NCBI GenBank assembly: GCA_001002325.1
Contig: LCNZ01000001.1
Span: 3,773 to 67,772 of the forward strand
Source of the DNA: Candidatus Amesbacteria bacterium GW2011_GWB1_47_19
GTDB taxonomy: Bacteria > Patescibacteriota > Microgenomatia > CAZETR01 > Amesbacteraceae
Length of the DNA stretch: 64,000 nt
Reading direction: 5' to 3'
Positions within the stretch are counted from its first letter, which is position 1. Each line of letters starts with the position of its first letter. The notes beneath the pieces were generated by a model. The model saw only the letters and a program-made list of their open reading frames with translations. It did not search any database and was not told the origin of the DNA. Both the position numbers and the translations under genes were made by a program. This document shows, one piece after another, positions 1 to 8,634 of the stretch.

Positions 1-150
1 GTTGTCTTTTTTATGAATCTTGAGATGTTCCGCCAATTTGGTGATTTTTTCCGTTAAAAGAGCCGTCTGGACTTCGGGCGAACCGGTATCCCCTTTACCC
101 TGACCGAACTTTTTAATGATGTCCTGTTTGGCGGTAGTATCGAGAGCCAT
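1..150 (-). CDS. rpsO: 30S ribosomal protein S15 (runs off window edge)
   Basis: Manual translation [50 protein letters not shown] contains the S15 DTGSPEVQ motif; not in the ORF track. Confidence 0.97.
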   Translation of the reverse strand, partial: MALDTTAKQDIIKKFGQGKGDTGSPEVQTALLTEKITKLAEHLKIHKKDN

Positions 151-257
151 AAAAATATTCAGAGATACGGCGAAAGTAAGAAACAGAAACCGCTCAAACT
201 TTCGTTAATTTCTCTGTTTAGTTAGGCTATTTTAGCAAAACTCTATTCCTTTGTCCA
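151..257 (-). promoter_or_regulatory. rpsO promoter and structured 5' leader
   Basis: Minus-strand TGGACA-17-TAAAAT (257-229), then nested stems CAGAGA/TCTCTG and CGAAAGT/ACTTTCG. Confidence 0.6.
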
Positions 258-276
258 GAATTACGGGTTAAGTATA

Positions 277-531
277 TTACTGTCGTCCTAATGCTTTGAT
301 AGTTTCACGTCTGATGACAATCGTCGCTCCTATTATTGCCCCTACGGCTGCAGGTGTTGCGAATTCTCGGGATATGGCGTATGCAACCCCGGTTATTAAG
401 GCTATTGAAAGTAGGGCGTATGGCAATCCATGTTTTAACTCTTGTTCTATAATCTGTCTTTTAGAAAGGTTAGATTCACCGGTAGTGATGGGGTTTTTAC
501 CTCCGGTATTGTTGTCGAGTTTTTCAGACAT
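277..531 (-). CDS. small hypothetical membrane protein
   Basis: 84 aa with two hydrophobic segments; fills the gap in a co-oriented run. Confidence 0.6.
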   Translation of the reverse strand: MSEKLDNNTGGKNPITTGESNLSKRQIIEQELKHGLPYALLSIALITGVAYAISREFATPAAVGAIIGATIVIRRETIKALGRQ

Positions 532-536
532 ATTTA

Positions 537-1397
537 TTACGGCAGGATGGGGCCGGAATAGACCTTGGGTTCGTACCAGTCGGGCGGGGGTTCTTTGGAA
601 TCCGGTTTGTCAGACTTTACCGGGGACTGGGGAATGGATCCCGGCGGGAGATTGTCCGGACGGAATACCTGCTGGCGGCGGGCTCCCCGGCGCAGAAGGT
701 AGGCAGCAGATTCGAAAGTGGTTACGGTAACCTGTCCTGATTGGAAGTTTTGAGTGGCAGTTTCCATACCGGCCAACAAATTTGTCGCCGCGTCAGGCGG
801 CATCGATAATCCCAAGGCATCTATGATGTGGGTTACCAACTCACTGAGAGATGAGGTGTCGGGATCATAAAAATGATGGGGGGTAAAATTTTGCCGGGGT
901 AAGGAGTGGGTAAAGGCAACCGGCGGAGAAGCGGTAAAGGAATCCCTGACTTGGACCGAGAAAGATCCCAGAGAGTCAAGAGTATCGACCCCTACTAGCA
1001 GGTGTAGGTCAGGTTTACCGGCGGCTGCAATAAAACGCAGCTTACGATGGTCCAGGTGGGGGGCGTCAGGTTTGGGAGTGATTACCAGACGAAGTTCACC
1101 TTCTTCCAGGTTATAGCTGATTTTGTCCACATGGTCCGTCTGGTCGGCAAAACCGATAAGCAGGTCGCGGCTGCTCCAGGAGGAGGTGATGGTGTTTACT
1201 CCCACCAGGCGGTTAAACTCCACCGTCATCTGGTCCGGACATACAACCGTTGCCGAACGACCGACAGATTCCAGCACCAGCCTGAGAGCCAGACCGGAGG
1301 CAACAGTGTCGTAGTCCGGATTTTGCGGGAGAAGAATGCTAACTGAACGGGCAGATTCGAGCAAGCTCTTCAACTGAGTGGTGTCAGGATGAGCCAT
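537..1397 (-). CDS. DHH/NrnA-like phosphoesterase, degenerate
   Basis: PQNPDYD motif I, SSLSELV and ATNLLAGMETATQNF resemble DHH family; located after infB; DHH triad absent. Confidence 0.7.
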   Translation of the reverse strand: MAHPDTTQLKSLLESARSVSILLPQNPDYDTVASGLALRLVLESVGRSATVVCPDQMTVEFNRLVGVNTITSSWSSRDLLIGFADQTDHVDKISYNLEEGELRLVITPKPDAPHLDHRKLRFIAAAGKPDLHLLVGVDTLDSLGSFSVQVRDSFTASPPVAFTHSLPRQNFTPHHFYDPDTSSLSELVTHIIDALGLSMPPDAATNLLAGMETATQNFQSGQVTVTTFESAAYLLRRGARRQQVFRPDNLPPGSIPQSPVKSDKPDSKEPPPDWYEPKVYSGPILP

Positions 1398-2790
1398 GGG
1401 TGGCGATGGCTATTATATAATCGCCGGTTTTAAAGTCAATAAAGGGTGTCAGTAAGGCGCCGAATTCGGCTCCGGACTTAACGGATTGGATTTCGGTTTT
1501 GCCGCTTTTTAAGGACTTTATTTTAACTGTGCCTAAAACCTTTTCACTGCGAATGAGGCGGACCTGATCCGACTTGGAAATTATACCTTCCAGGCAACGG
1601 CAGCCCGCAATGCGATCGGAGTTAATTTTAAACTCGGCTACAATTTGGGCTTTACCAAGTACTTTTTCCTGAATCACCGGGTGAACAATTTTATCCAGAC
1701 TTTCCAGAAGTTCATAAATGAGATTGAAAGTTAAAATGTTGATTTTTTCGATTTCGGCCAATTTTTGGACAGACGCAGGGATTTTGACGTTGAAAGCTAT
1801 GATCCGGGATGCGGAAGAACGAGCCAGCATAACGTCACTTTCATTAACTTCCCCTGTCCCGGAAGAAATAACGGATATTTTCGGGTCCAGAGCTGCAAGG
1901 ATTGCCTCCAGAGACCCGGCAACGTCAGCTCTGAGAATGATATTCAGATCCGCATTAGTGTTGATTGTATTTGACGGAACAGGAATTGCGGTAGTGAGTG
2001 AGACAGCAGGAACAGAGGCAATAATAGAACCAACCGGGGGAACCGCTGATAAACCGAGTATTTCCACGGGAGTGGAGGGCAAAGCTTGGGACATGGGTTT
2101 ACCGTCGGTACCGGTCAGAGATTTGGCCTTACCTATGGGTCCAGACTGAAAAAGATTTTGCCCAATGTGAAGGGTCCCCTCTTTGATCAGCACCGTAGCC
2201 AATGGTCCCCGACGGGAATCCATGCGGCTCTCCAACACAAAAGCTTCAAGCTGTCCATCGGGATCAGCGACGGGAGGATTGAGACTGGATAATAGATGGA
2301 TCATTTCCAGGAGGTCTTTGATACCAGCTCCGGTTTTGGCAGAGATAACTACCGACGGGATCTGGCCGCCGAAATCTTCAACCAGGACCTGGGCTTCAGT
2401 CAGTTGGGTTTTGACTTTGTCGGGATCAGCGGTGGGTAAATCAGACTTGGTGATGGCAACAAGATACGGGGTGGAGGCCTGATGTATGAGTTTGACGGAT
2501 TCGACTGTCTGGGGCATGACTCCGTCGTCTGCTGCCACAATCAGAATAGCTAAATCAGCCACCAAATTTCCACGGGAGCGCATCCGGGTAAAAGCGGCAT
2601 GCCCAGGGGTGTCGATAAATGTTATTGTCCCGTGATCGGGGGTATGTAACTGAAATGAACGGGTAGTCTGAGTAATTCCGCCTGTTTCACGGGAAGCAAT
2701 GTCCGTCCGGCGGAGATGGTCTAAGAGGGTGGTTTTGCCATGATCAACATGACCGAGAACGACGACGATGGGGGGACGAGGTTGAATCAT
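1384..2790 (-). CDS. infB: translation initiation factor IF-2 (short form)
   Basis: [40 protein letters not shown]. Confidence 0.97.
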   Translation of the reverse strand: MIQPRPPIVVVLGHVDHGKTTLLDHLRRTDIASRETGGITQTTRSFQLHTPDHGTITFIDTPGHAAFTRMRSRGNLVADLAILIVAADDGVMPQTVESVKLIHQASTPYLVAITKSDLPTADPDKVKTQLTEAQVLVEDFGGQIPSVVISAKTGAGIKDLLEMIHLLSSLNPPVADPDGQLEAFVLESRMDSRRGPLATVLIKEGTLHIGQNLFQSGPIGKAKSLTGTDGKPMSQALPSTPVEILGLSAVPPVGSIIASVPAVSLTTAIPVPSNTINTNADLNIILRADVAGSLEAILAALDPKISVISSGTGEVNESDVMLARSSASRIIAFNVKIPASVQKLAEIEKINILTFNLIYELLESLDKIVHPVIQEKVLGKAQIVAEFKINSDRIAGCRCLEGIISKSDQVRLIRSEKVLGTVKIKSLKSGKTEIQSVKSGAEFGALLTPFIDFKTGDYIIAIATHGSS

Positions 2791-2795
2791 GATAT

Positions 2796-2890
2796 TAATT
2801 TCTAAACAGTTTCGATGCCCGAAATTACAAATCCCAAACCTGGTTTCTGATATGCGATTTCTGATTCATTTAGGTTTGCGGTTTGTTATT
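2796..2890. repeat. two opposed degenerate heptamer arrays
   Basis: taatttc..gaaatta caaatcc caaacc followed by tggtttc tgatatg cgatttc tgattca..taggttt gcggttt. Confidence 0.6.
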
Positions 2891-3973
2891 GGCGGGGTCA
2901 CCGGGAACATCCTGGACGGATATTGCTTCTTTTTTCTCGGATGTGCCTTTTTTCTCCGGTACACCTTCGATATCGATGTGCAATCCGGCGAGTTTACCGG
3001 CCAGCTTGGCATTTTGACCGTCACGACCGATAGCCAGGGGCAGCTGGTCGGGCGGCGCTTGGACTAGAGCGGTCTGAGTTTTGGGATCTATTTTGACTTT
3101 GAGGTCGGTAGCCGGGGAAAGTGCTGCTATAACGAATTTGTCGGGGTCTTCACTAAACTGGACGATGTCGATTTTTTCTCCATTCAGCTCGCTGATGACA
3201 GCCTGGACACGGACGCCCTTCTGGCCAACACACGAACCGACCGGATCCACGCCCGACTGATGTGAGTAAACTGCAATTTTTGTGCGCGATCCGGGATCCC
3301 GGGCAACAGCTTTTATTTCCACCGCGCCCGATGCGACCTCGGGAACTTCCCGACGGAAGAGTTCCCGAATAAGCCCGACATCAGCGCGGGAGACGACAAC
3401 TTCTTTGCCCCGCAGGCCATCCCGAATACCCTGGAGATAGAAAGTAAGTCGTTGGTTGAGACGATAATCCTCGGAGTGTACTTGTTCGGAGGGGGGCATG
3501 ACGGCTTCCGCTTTACCGATATCCACAATAATGTCGCTGCCCACAAAACGGATGATCATACCGTTAACCAGGGTCTGGAGACGTTTTTCGTACTCGGCGA
3601 CAATGACGGATTTTTCTGCTTCCCGGATTTTCTGGATAATAACCTGTTTGGCGGTCTGGGCTGCAATACGGCCGAATCCGGGAGGAGTGATATCGGTACG
3701 GGCGGCTCCTTTTTTCGCCCGGACCAGAGTCTGCTCTTCCTCCTGATATGTTTCACCCTGGGTCCCGAATATCCGGGCTTCACCGGTACCGGCGTCGAGT
3801 TCCACTTCATAGAGATGATCGTCTTTATAACTTTCGGGGTGGTCTTTTTTGAAGGCTGCCAGAATAGCGTGGCGGATGCTATCGATAACAATCTGGGGAT
3901 CGAGGTTACGTTCGTGAGCCACCTGATTCAAAGCGGCGGCAAATTCGGATCGGGATACGGGTTTTTGGTGCAT
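2870..3973 (-). CDS. nusA: transcription termination factor NusA
   Basis: FGRIAAQTAKQVI, ARDPGSRTKIAV, DPVGSCVGQKG, AIGRDGQN. Confidence 0.98.
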   Translation of the reverse strand: MHQKPVSRSEFAAALNQVAHERNLDPQIVIDSIRHAILAAFKKDHPESYKDDHLYEVELDAGTGEARIFGTQGETYQEEEQTLVRAKKGAARTDITPPGFGRIAAQTAKQVIIQKIREAEKSVIVAEYEKRLQTLVNGMIIRFVGSDIIVDIGKAEAVMPPSEQVHSEDYRLNQRLTFYLQGIRDGLRGKEVVVSRADVGLIRELFRREVPEVASGAVEIKAVARDPGSRTKIAVYSHQSGVDPVGSCVGQKGVRVQAVISELNGEKIDIVQFSEDPDKFVIAALSPATDLKVKIDPKTQTALVQAPPDQLPLAIGRDGQNAKLAGKLAGLHIDIEGVPEKKGTSEKKEAISVQDVPGDPANNKPQT

Positions 3974-3993
3974 GAATTAGGTGATCAGGCTAC

Positions 3994-4024
3994 AAAAAAG
4001 GCGGGCAAGTAACTTCCCACCTCT
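3994..4024 (-). promoter_or_regulatory. rimP/ylxS-leader-like attenuator hairpin upstream of nusA
   Basis: Minus strand GAGGTGGG-aagttactt-GCCCGCC-TTTTTT, downstream of extended -10 TGgTATAAT (4053-4045). Confidence 0.65.
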
Positions 4025-4078
4025 GTATTTGCTTAACCGAGGTGATTATACCAGAAAATGCCCGAGAGCGCCTGGTAT

Positions 4079-4137
4079 CACCCTGCCCCGATGGGAATCG
4101 GGGAACTCCTCTTAATTCAAGGGAGGAATCAGAGGGG
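4079..4137. repeat. REP-like double hairpin
   Basis: CCCCGAT-ggga-ATCGGGG (4086-4103) and an imperfect CT-rich/AG-rich hairpin (4106-4126). Confidence 0.5.
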
Positions 4138-4190
4138 TAATATTGGTTAAAAAAATTCGGTACATTTGACTATGTACTATAATCCCGGTT

Positions 4191-4406
4191 ATGGAAAGAG
4201 GAACTACGACGATTGTGGAGGATGGAGAAAATAAAGTGAAAAGAACAAATAGTTGGAAACAGTTAATATTTCCTGAGTGGAAAGAATTTATGGGAAGATG
4301 GCCAATTATTGCACATGGATGCAGAAATCGTCAAATTCTTACAGAGTATCCTCCAGTTCTTCCAGAAGCTCGCGCTGACGGCGGGAGAGATGTTCAGGAA
4401 AAGTGA
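4191..4406 (+). CDS. small hypothetical protein
   Basis: 71 aa ORF with TATAAT 7 nt before ATG; 3' end overlaps dnaJ. Confidence 0.35.
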   Translation: MERGTTTIVEDGENKVKRTNSWKQLIFPEWKEFMGRWPIIAHGCRNRQILTEYPPVLPEARADGGRDVQEK

Positions 4407-5214
4407 TTAATAAACGGATATACAAGTCGCCTTTGTCATCCTTGCGGAATGAGTGTAGTTTGGTAATCCCCTGGCCGGAAAGACGGATAGTAGTTCCCGG
4501 TTGGGTCCCGGGACGAATTTTGAGCTTGAACGGGCTATCCAGGGTCGGAACAGAGGTCTGGCCTCCGAGAATTGCCAGGGTGAAGGGGATGGAATGGTCT
4601 ATATAAATGTCAGCACCTTCGCGGCGGAAACGGGGGTCCGGTTCGACCTCGAAAGTGATGTCGAATTCCTTGAAACGAAGGTGGGTACCGGTATCGGCAC
4701 CGGGGGGAATTTTGATAGTGTGGGTTTTGCCGTCGATTGTAACTGATTCCGTCCCTCCTTTAACGGCCCGAGCGAAAGCGATACGCAGGGAATAATGAGG
4801 TTTGGACGGACCCCGGCGGCCGAAAGGCGAACTGCCGCCAAAGAATTGCTCGAAAATCTCAAACGGATCTGAAAAACCGCCGAAATTCGCCCCACCGAAA
4901 GGATTGTCACCGCCGGATGTATAGTAATAGGTAAAGGGGCCTTGGCGGGACCCGCCAAACGGACCGCCAGCTCCCCCGCCAGAAGCCGGATCGAAGGCGG
5001 CATGGCCGAATTGGTCATAAGCTGATTTTTTCTTGGTATCGGAGAGAACCTGATACGCTTCATTGATCTCTTTGAATTTGGTTTCGGCGTCGGAGGATTT
5101 ATTACGGTCAGGGTGCCACTGCATGGCCAGTTTGCGATAAGCACGTTTCAGATCAGCAGCAGATGCGGATTTGGGTACTCCCAGTATGTCGTAATAGTCA
5201 CGTTTGGCGGCCAT
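4339..5214 (-). CDS. dnaJ: class B J-domain chaperone (DnaJ/CbpA-like, no zinc finger)
   Basis: [11 protein letters not shown] motif, G/F-rich linker, C-terminal domain; no CxxCxGxG repeats. Confidence 0.9.
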   Translation of the reverse strand: MAAKRDYYDILGVPKSASAADLKRAYRKLAMQWHPDRNKSSDAETKFKEINEAYQVLSDTKKKSAYDQFGHAAFDPASGGGAGGPFGGSRQGPFTYYYTSGGDNPFGGANFGGFSDPFEIFEQFFGGSSPFGRRGPSKPHYSLRIAFARAVKGGTESVTIDGKTHTIKIPPGADTGTHLRFKEFDITFEVEPDPRFRREGADIYIDHSIPFTLAILGGQTSVPTLDSPFKLKIRPGTQPGTTIRLSGQGITKLHSFRKDDKGDLYIRLLITFPEHLSRRQRELLEELEDTL

Positions 5215-5218
5215 TTCA

Positions 5219-5245
5219 CTGGCAATTCTAACCTATGAGTGCTAA
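5219..5245 (-). promoter_or_regulatory. CIRCE operator (HrcA site) upstream of dnaJ
   Basis: Minus strand TTAGCACTC-N9-AATTGCCAG versus consensus TTAGCACTC-N9-GAGTGCTAA; overlaps a TAGAAT -10. Confidence 0.8.
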
Positions 5246-5260
5246 GAGCGCTACTGGGGA

Positions 5261-5289
5261 TTGTGGCAATGAAGCAGGTTTGGTACAAT
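5261..5289 (+). promoter_or_regulatory. sigma70-type promoter of fusA
   Basis: TTGTGG-17-TACAAT with extended TG. Confidence 0.55.
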
Positions 5290-5320
5290 CGGGGCGCGCT
5301 AGGCGTTATTTTTTTGACTT

Positions 5321-7462
5321 ATGGCAGCTGGAGATATCAAAACCAAAAACCGCGACGTGCCCATGGACAGGGTGCGGAATATCGGAGTTATTGCCCATAT
5401 CGACGCGGGTAAAACCACCACTACCGAACGGATTCTGTACTATACCGGCAAGTCATATAAGATCGGGGATATTGACGAGGGCACGACCCAGATGGACTGG
5501 ATGGAGCAGGAGCGGGAACGGGGTATCACGATCGTATCCGCGGCCACAACCACTTTCTGGACGGTAACCGATCCAAACTCTCCGGTGGGAAACGAGTCAT
5601 TCCGGGTAAATATCATTGATACCCCGGGGCACGTGGATTTTACGGCGGAGGTGGAAAGATCTTTGCGGGTTTTGGACGGGGCGGTAACTGTATTGGATGC
5701 AGAGGAAACAGTGCAGTCCCAGACCGAAACGGTGTGGCGGCAGGCGGATAAGTATAAGGTACCGCGGATAATTTTCGTGAATAAGAATGACAAACTGGGG
5801 GCAAACTTTGAAGGAACCGTGAAGGCGGTAATAGAGAGACTGGGAGCAAATCCGGCAGTCATGGCCTACCCGATCGGAGCAGAACAGTCTTTCAGGGGAG
5901 TGGTGCTACTTTTAGAACGTAAAGCACTGATCTGGCAAGGTGACGAGACGGGAGCGAAATATACCGAGGAAAAGATCCCGGACGAGGTAGAGGATAAAGT
6001 CGAGGTATGGCGGGCAAAGTTAATTGAGCAGATTTGTGAAACTGATGATACTTTATTGGAAAAATTTCTTGCTGGTGAAGAACCCAGCATTAAAGAACTG
6101 AAAACGGCCCTGCGGAAAGCGGTTATCGCATATAAACTGGTGCCTGTCTATGCGGGAGCAAGTTTAAGAAACAAGGGGGTACAACCAATGCTGGATGCGA
6201 TTGTGGAATATTTGCCCAGTCCGGCGGACATTGATCATGTCAAAGGAATAAATCCCAAAACCGGTGAGGAAGTAATCCGGAAAACGATCAATGAAGAGCC
6301 GTTTGCGGGGCTGGCATTCAAAATCCAAGCCGACCCGCATGTGGGGCGGCTGACATATCTGAGAATTTATTCCGGAACCCTGAAAGCCGGACAAACCCTC
6401 TACAATGCCAGTAAAGACAAGGAAGAGAGAATTTCACGGATGCTGTTAATGCACGCCAATAAAAGGGAGGAAATTGATCAGGCATTTGCCGGAGAAATCG
6501 TAGCTTTAGTCGGCTTGAGGGAAACCGCTACCGGAAATACTATGTGTGATAAAAGCTCCCCGATCGTATTGGAATCCATCACTTTTCCGGAACCGGTAAT
6601 ATCTCTGGCTATTGAGCCGAAAACCAAGTCAGACCAGGAAAAAATGGGGTATGCCCTGAGTAAACTGTCGGACGAGGATCCTACTTTCCGGATAAAGACC
6701 AATCATGAAACAGGACAGACGATTATTTCGGGAATGGGGGAACTGCATCTGGAGATTATTGTGGATCGGATGAAAAGGGAATTCAGGGTGGAGGCATCTA
6801 CCGGAGCGCCCCAGGTAGCTTACAAGGAAACGGTGAAAAAGACCGCCGAAGCGGAAGGTAAATATATCCGGCAGTCAGGCGGCCGTGGACAGTACGGACA
6901 CTGTCTGATAAGAATTGAGCCATTACCCAGAGGAACCGGTTTTGAATTTGTGGACGGTATCAAGGGCGGAGCTATACCTAACGAATTTATCCCGGCTGTG
7001 GAAAAAGGGATCAAAGACGCGATGGAAAACGGAGTTTTGGCCGGTTACCCGACCGTGGATACCCGGATAACCCTGTTTGACGGAACTTACCACGACGTCG
7101 ATTCTTCGGAAATGGCGTTTAAGATAGCCGGGTCGATGGCGTTTCAGCACGCCGCCAAGGCAGCCGATCCGATAATTCTGGAGCCGATTATGAAAGTGGA
7201 AGTGTCTACCCCGGATGAATTTATGGGGGATGTAATCGGAGACCTGTCGTCCAAGCGGGCGCAAATTCTGGGGACGGATAAAAGAGGACGTCTGACGATC
7301 ATCAATGCGTATGCACCGCTGGCGGAATTGTCAGGTTACGCGACCAAACTGAGATCGCTTTCTCAGGGGCGGGCGTCCTATTATATGGAGCCGTCGCATT
7401 ATGAAGAAGTGCCGAAAAATATTGCCGAAGGGATAATTGCCAAGTCCGGAAAAACAGCCTAA
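5321..7462 (+). CDS. fusA: elongation factor G
   Basis: RNIGVIAHIDAGKTTTTERIL, QERERGITI, GMGELHLEI, RQSGGRGQYG. Confidence 0.99.
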   Translation: MAAGDIKTKNRDVPMDRVRNIGVIAHIDAGKTTTTERILYYTGKSYKIGDIDEGTTQMDWMEQERERGITIVSAATTTFWTVTDPNSPVGNESFRVNIIDTPGHVDFTAEVERSLRVLDGAVTVLDAEETVQSQTETVWRQADKYKVPRIIFVNKNDKLGANFEGTVKAVIERLGANPAVMAYPIGAEQSFRGVVLLLERKALIWQGDETGAKYTEEKIPDEVEDKVEVWRAKLIEQICETDDTLLEKFLAGEEPSIKELKTALRKAVIAYKLVPVYAGASLRNKGVQPMLDAIVEYLPSPADIDHVKGINPKTGEEVIRKTINEEPFAGLAFKIQADPHVGRLTYLRIYSGTLKAGQTLYNASKDKEERISRMLLMHANKREEIDQAFAGEIVALVGLRETATGNTMCDKSSPIVLESITFPEPVISLAIEPKTKSDQEKMGYALSKLSDEDPTFRIKTNHETGQTIISGMGELHLEIIVDRMKREFRVEASTGAPQVAYKETVKKTAEAEGKYIRQSGGRGQYGHCLIRIEPLPRGTGFEFVDGIKGGAIPNEFIPAVEKGIKDAMENGVLAGYPTVDTRITLFDGTYHDVDSSEMAFKIAGSMAFQHAAKAADPIILEPIMKVEVSTPDEFMGDVIGDLSSKRAQILGTDKRGRLTIINAYAPLAELSGYATKLRSLSQGRASYYMEPSHYEEVPKNIAEGIIAKSGKTA

Positions 7463-7477
7463 ATAAAAGGGAGAATT

Positions 7478-7684
7478 TTAACGGGGATCGAGATAGCGAT
7501 GGGTAAAAAAACCCTCACCGGAAAATTTGACCCCAACTGAGGTGACGACTGAAGCCAGAAAAGTAATAGTTGGCTGGACAGGTGAGTCAGGTGATAATTT
7601 ATGCCCTAGCCGAAATAGGGAATCTCGGAGGTTAAGGAATTGAAGAGCAATTTTTCCACGGGGGTTTTCTGTAAGTGAAGGCAT
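7478..7684 (-). CDS. small hypothetical protein
   Basis: 68 aa; TATAAT 6 nt upstream of ATG on the minus strand. Confidence 0.4.
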   Translation of the reverse strand: MPSLTENPRGKIALQFLNLRDSLFRLGHKLSPDSPVQPTITFLASVVTSVGVKFSGEGFFTHRYLDPR

Positions 7685-7716
7685 AATATAATTATACTAG
7701 GCTGAATATATAGCTG

Positions 7717-7965
7717 TTAGGCGTAATGGGAGTTGATATCGATAATTTCGACGGTACTGGCGGACTTAAAGATAAAAATTACCCGATATTTTCTATCAAG
7801 GCGAAACGAGTAAATTTTGAATTCTTTGGGCTCCAAACGTTCGGTTTGTAATGAGGGATGGGCAGAATTGGCAATAAATAAATCGAGTTGCTTAGTAAAT
7901 TTTACGGCTAAACCCCTTTTTGTCAGATATTTTTGAAGCTTGGGCCGGAGAGGCTCACTCCGCAT
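7717..7965 (-). CDS. RelE/YoeB-superfamily toxin
   Basis: 82 aa basic protein; HPSL..E.L, YSFRLDRKYRVIF and terminal SHY; overlaps upstream RHH gene. Confidence 0.8.
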   Translation of the reverse strand: MRSEPLRPKLQKYLTKRGLAVKFTKQLDLFIANSAHPSLQTERLEPKEFKIYSFRLDRKYRVIFIFKSASTVEIIDINSHYA

Positions 7966-8218
7966 AGACAGAGGACTCGGATAAACCCTGGATGAGACTA
8001 TTGATAAACTTCCGGTTATACTTCCCCGTTTTTTTCAGACCGGCCTTTATGTTATCTAAGGGTTGGGGTGAAAAAACCTCGAATTTGGTACCGGAAGCAA
8101 AATACTTACGTAAAAGAGCCCGGAAAAATTCCGAGCGGGTAGCATAACCCTGCTTACTTACTTCTTCATCGACCTGGCTGGCGATGCTTTGCGGTAAAGA
8201 TATGGTTAATGTGGCCAT
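7955..8218 (-). CDS. ribbon-helix-helix (CopG-like) antitoxin
   Basis: MATLTISLP...GYATRSEFFRALLR; start re-assigned to ATG 8218 behind TTGACA-18-TATATT. Confidence 0.8.
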   Translation of the reverse strand: MATLTISLPQSIASQVDEEVSKQGYATRSEFFRALLRKYFASGTKFEVFSPQPLDNIKAGLKKTGKYNRKFINSLIQGLSESSVYAE

Positions 8219-8295
8219 GGTGAAAATATAACATATATTCTTATTATTTGTCAATTATTAAGTAAATGTGTCGAAGAGTATTATCGAAGGTGTAA

Positions 8296-8547
8296 TTGCT
8301 TAGAATAGTAAAGGCAATAATATTTGACTGGGTGGGAACGCTTTTTGAGCGATTTAGGACTCCTTACTCTTTTTCCGAAGAAGTGTTAAGAGGATTGAAA
8401 CAAAGATATAAGTTAGGGCTGGTAACGCTAGCGGGGCAGGGCAGACAACAGTATCTGAGATGCATACGGGAGTTGGGGGTGACTCCCGCGGAAACCGGTG
8501 AACCAACCGCCAGAATCAAAAGTGTTCGCGACCTGCCGACTGTTTGA
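8296..8547 (+). pseudogene. internally deleted HAD-hydrolase remnant
   Basis: KAIIFDWVGTL (motif I) and LGLVT (motif II) present; motif III Lys and motif IV GD missing; only 83 aa. Confidence 0.6.
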
Positions 8548-8557
8548 AATTTCCCTC

Positions 8558-8586
8558 TTGCATGGGGTTAAATAATCCCTTACAAT
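8558..8586 (+). promoter_or_regulatory. tuf promoter
   Basis: TTGCAT-17-TACAAT. Confidence 0.6.
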
Positions 8587-8634
8587 CCGGGGTAGTCTTT
8601 TTGTTAGGACTGGTTTTTTTCGTCTAAAAATATT

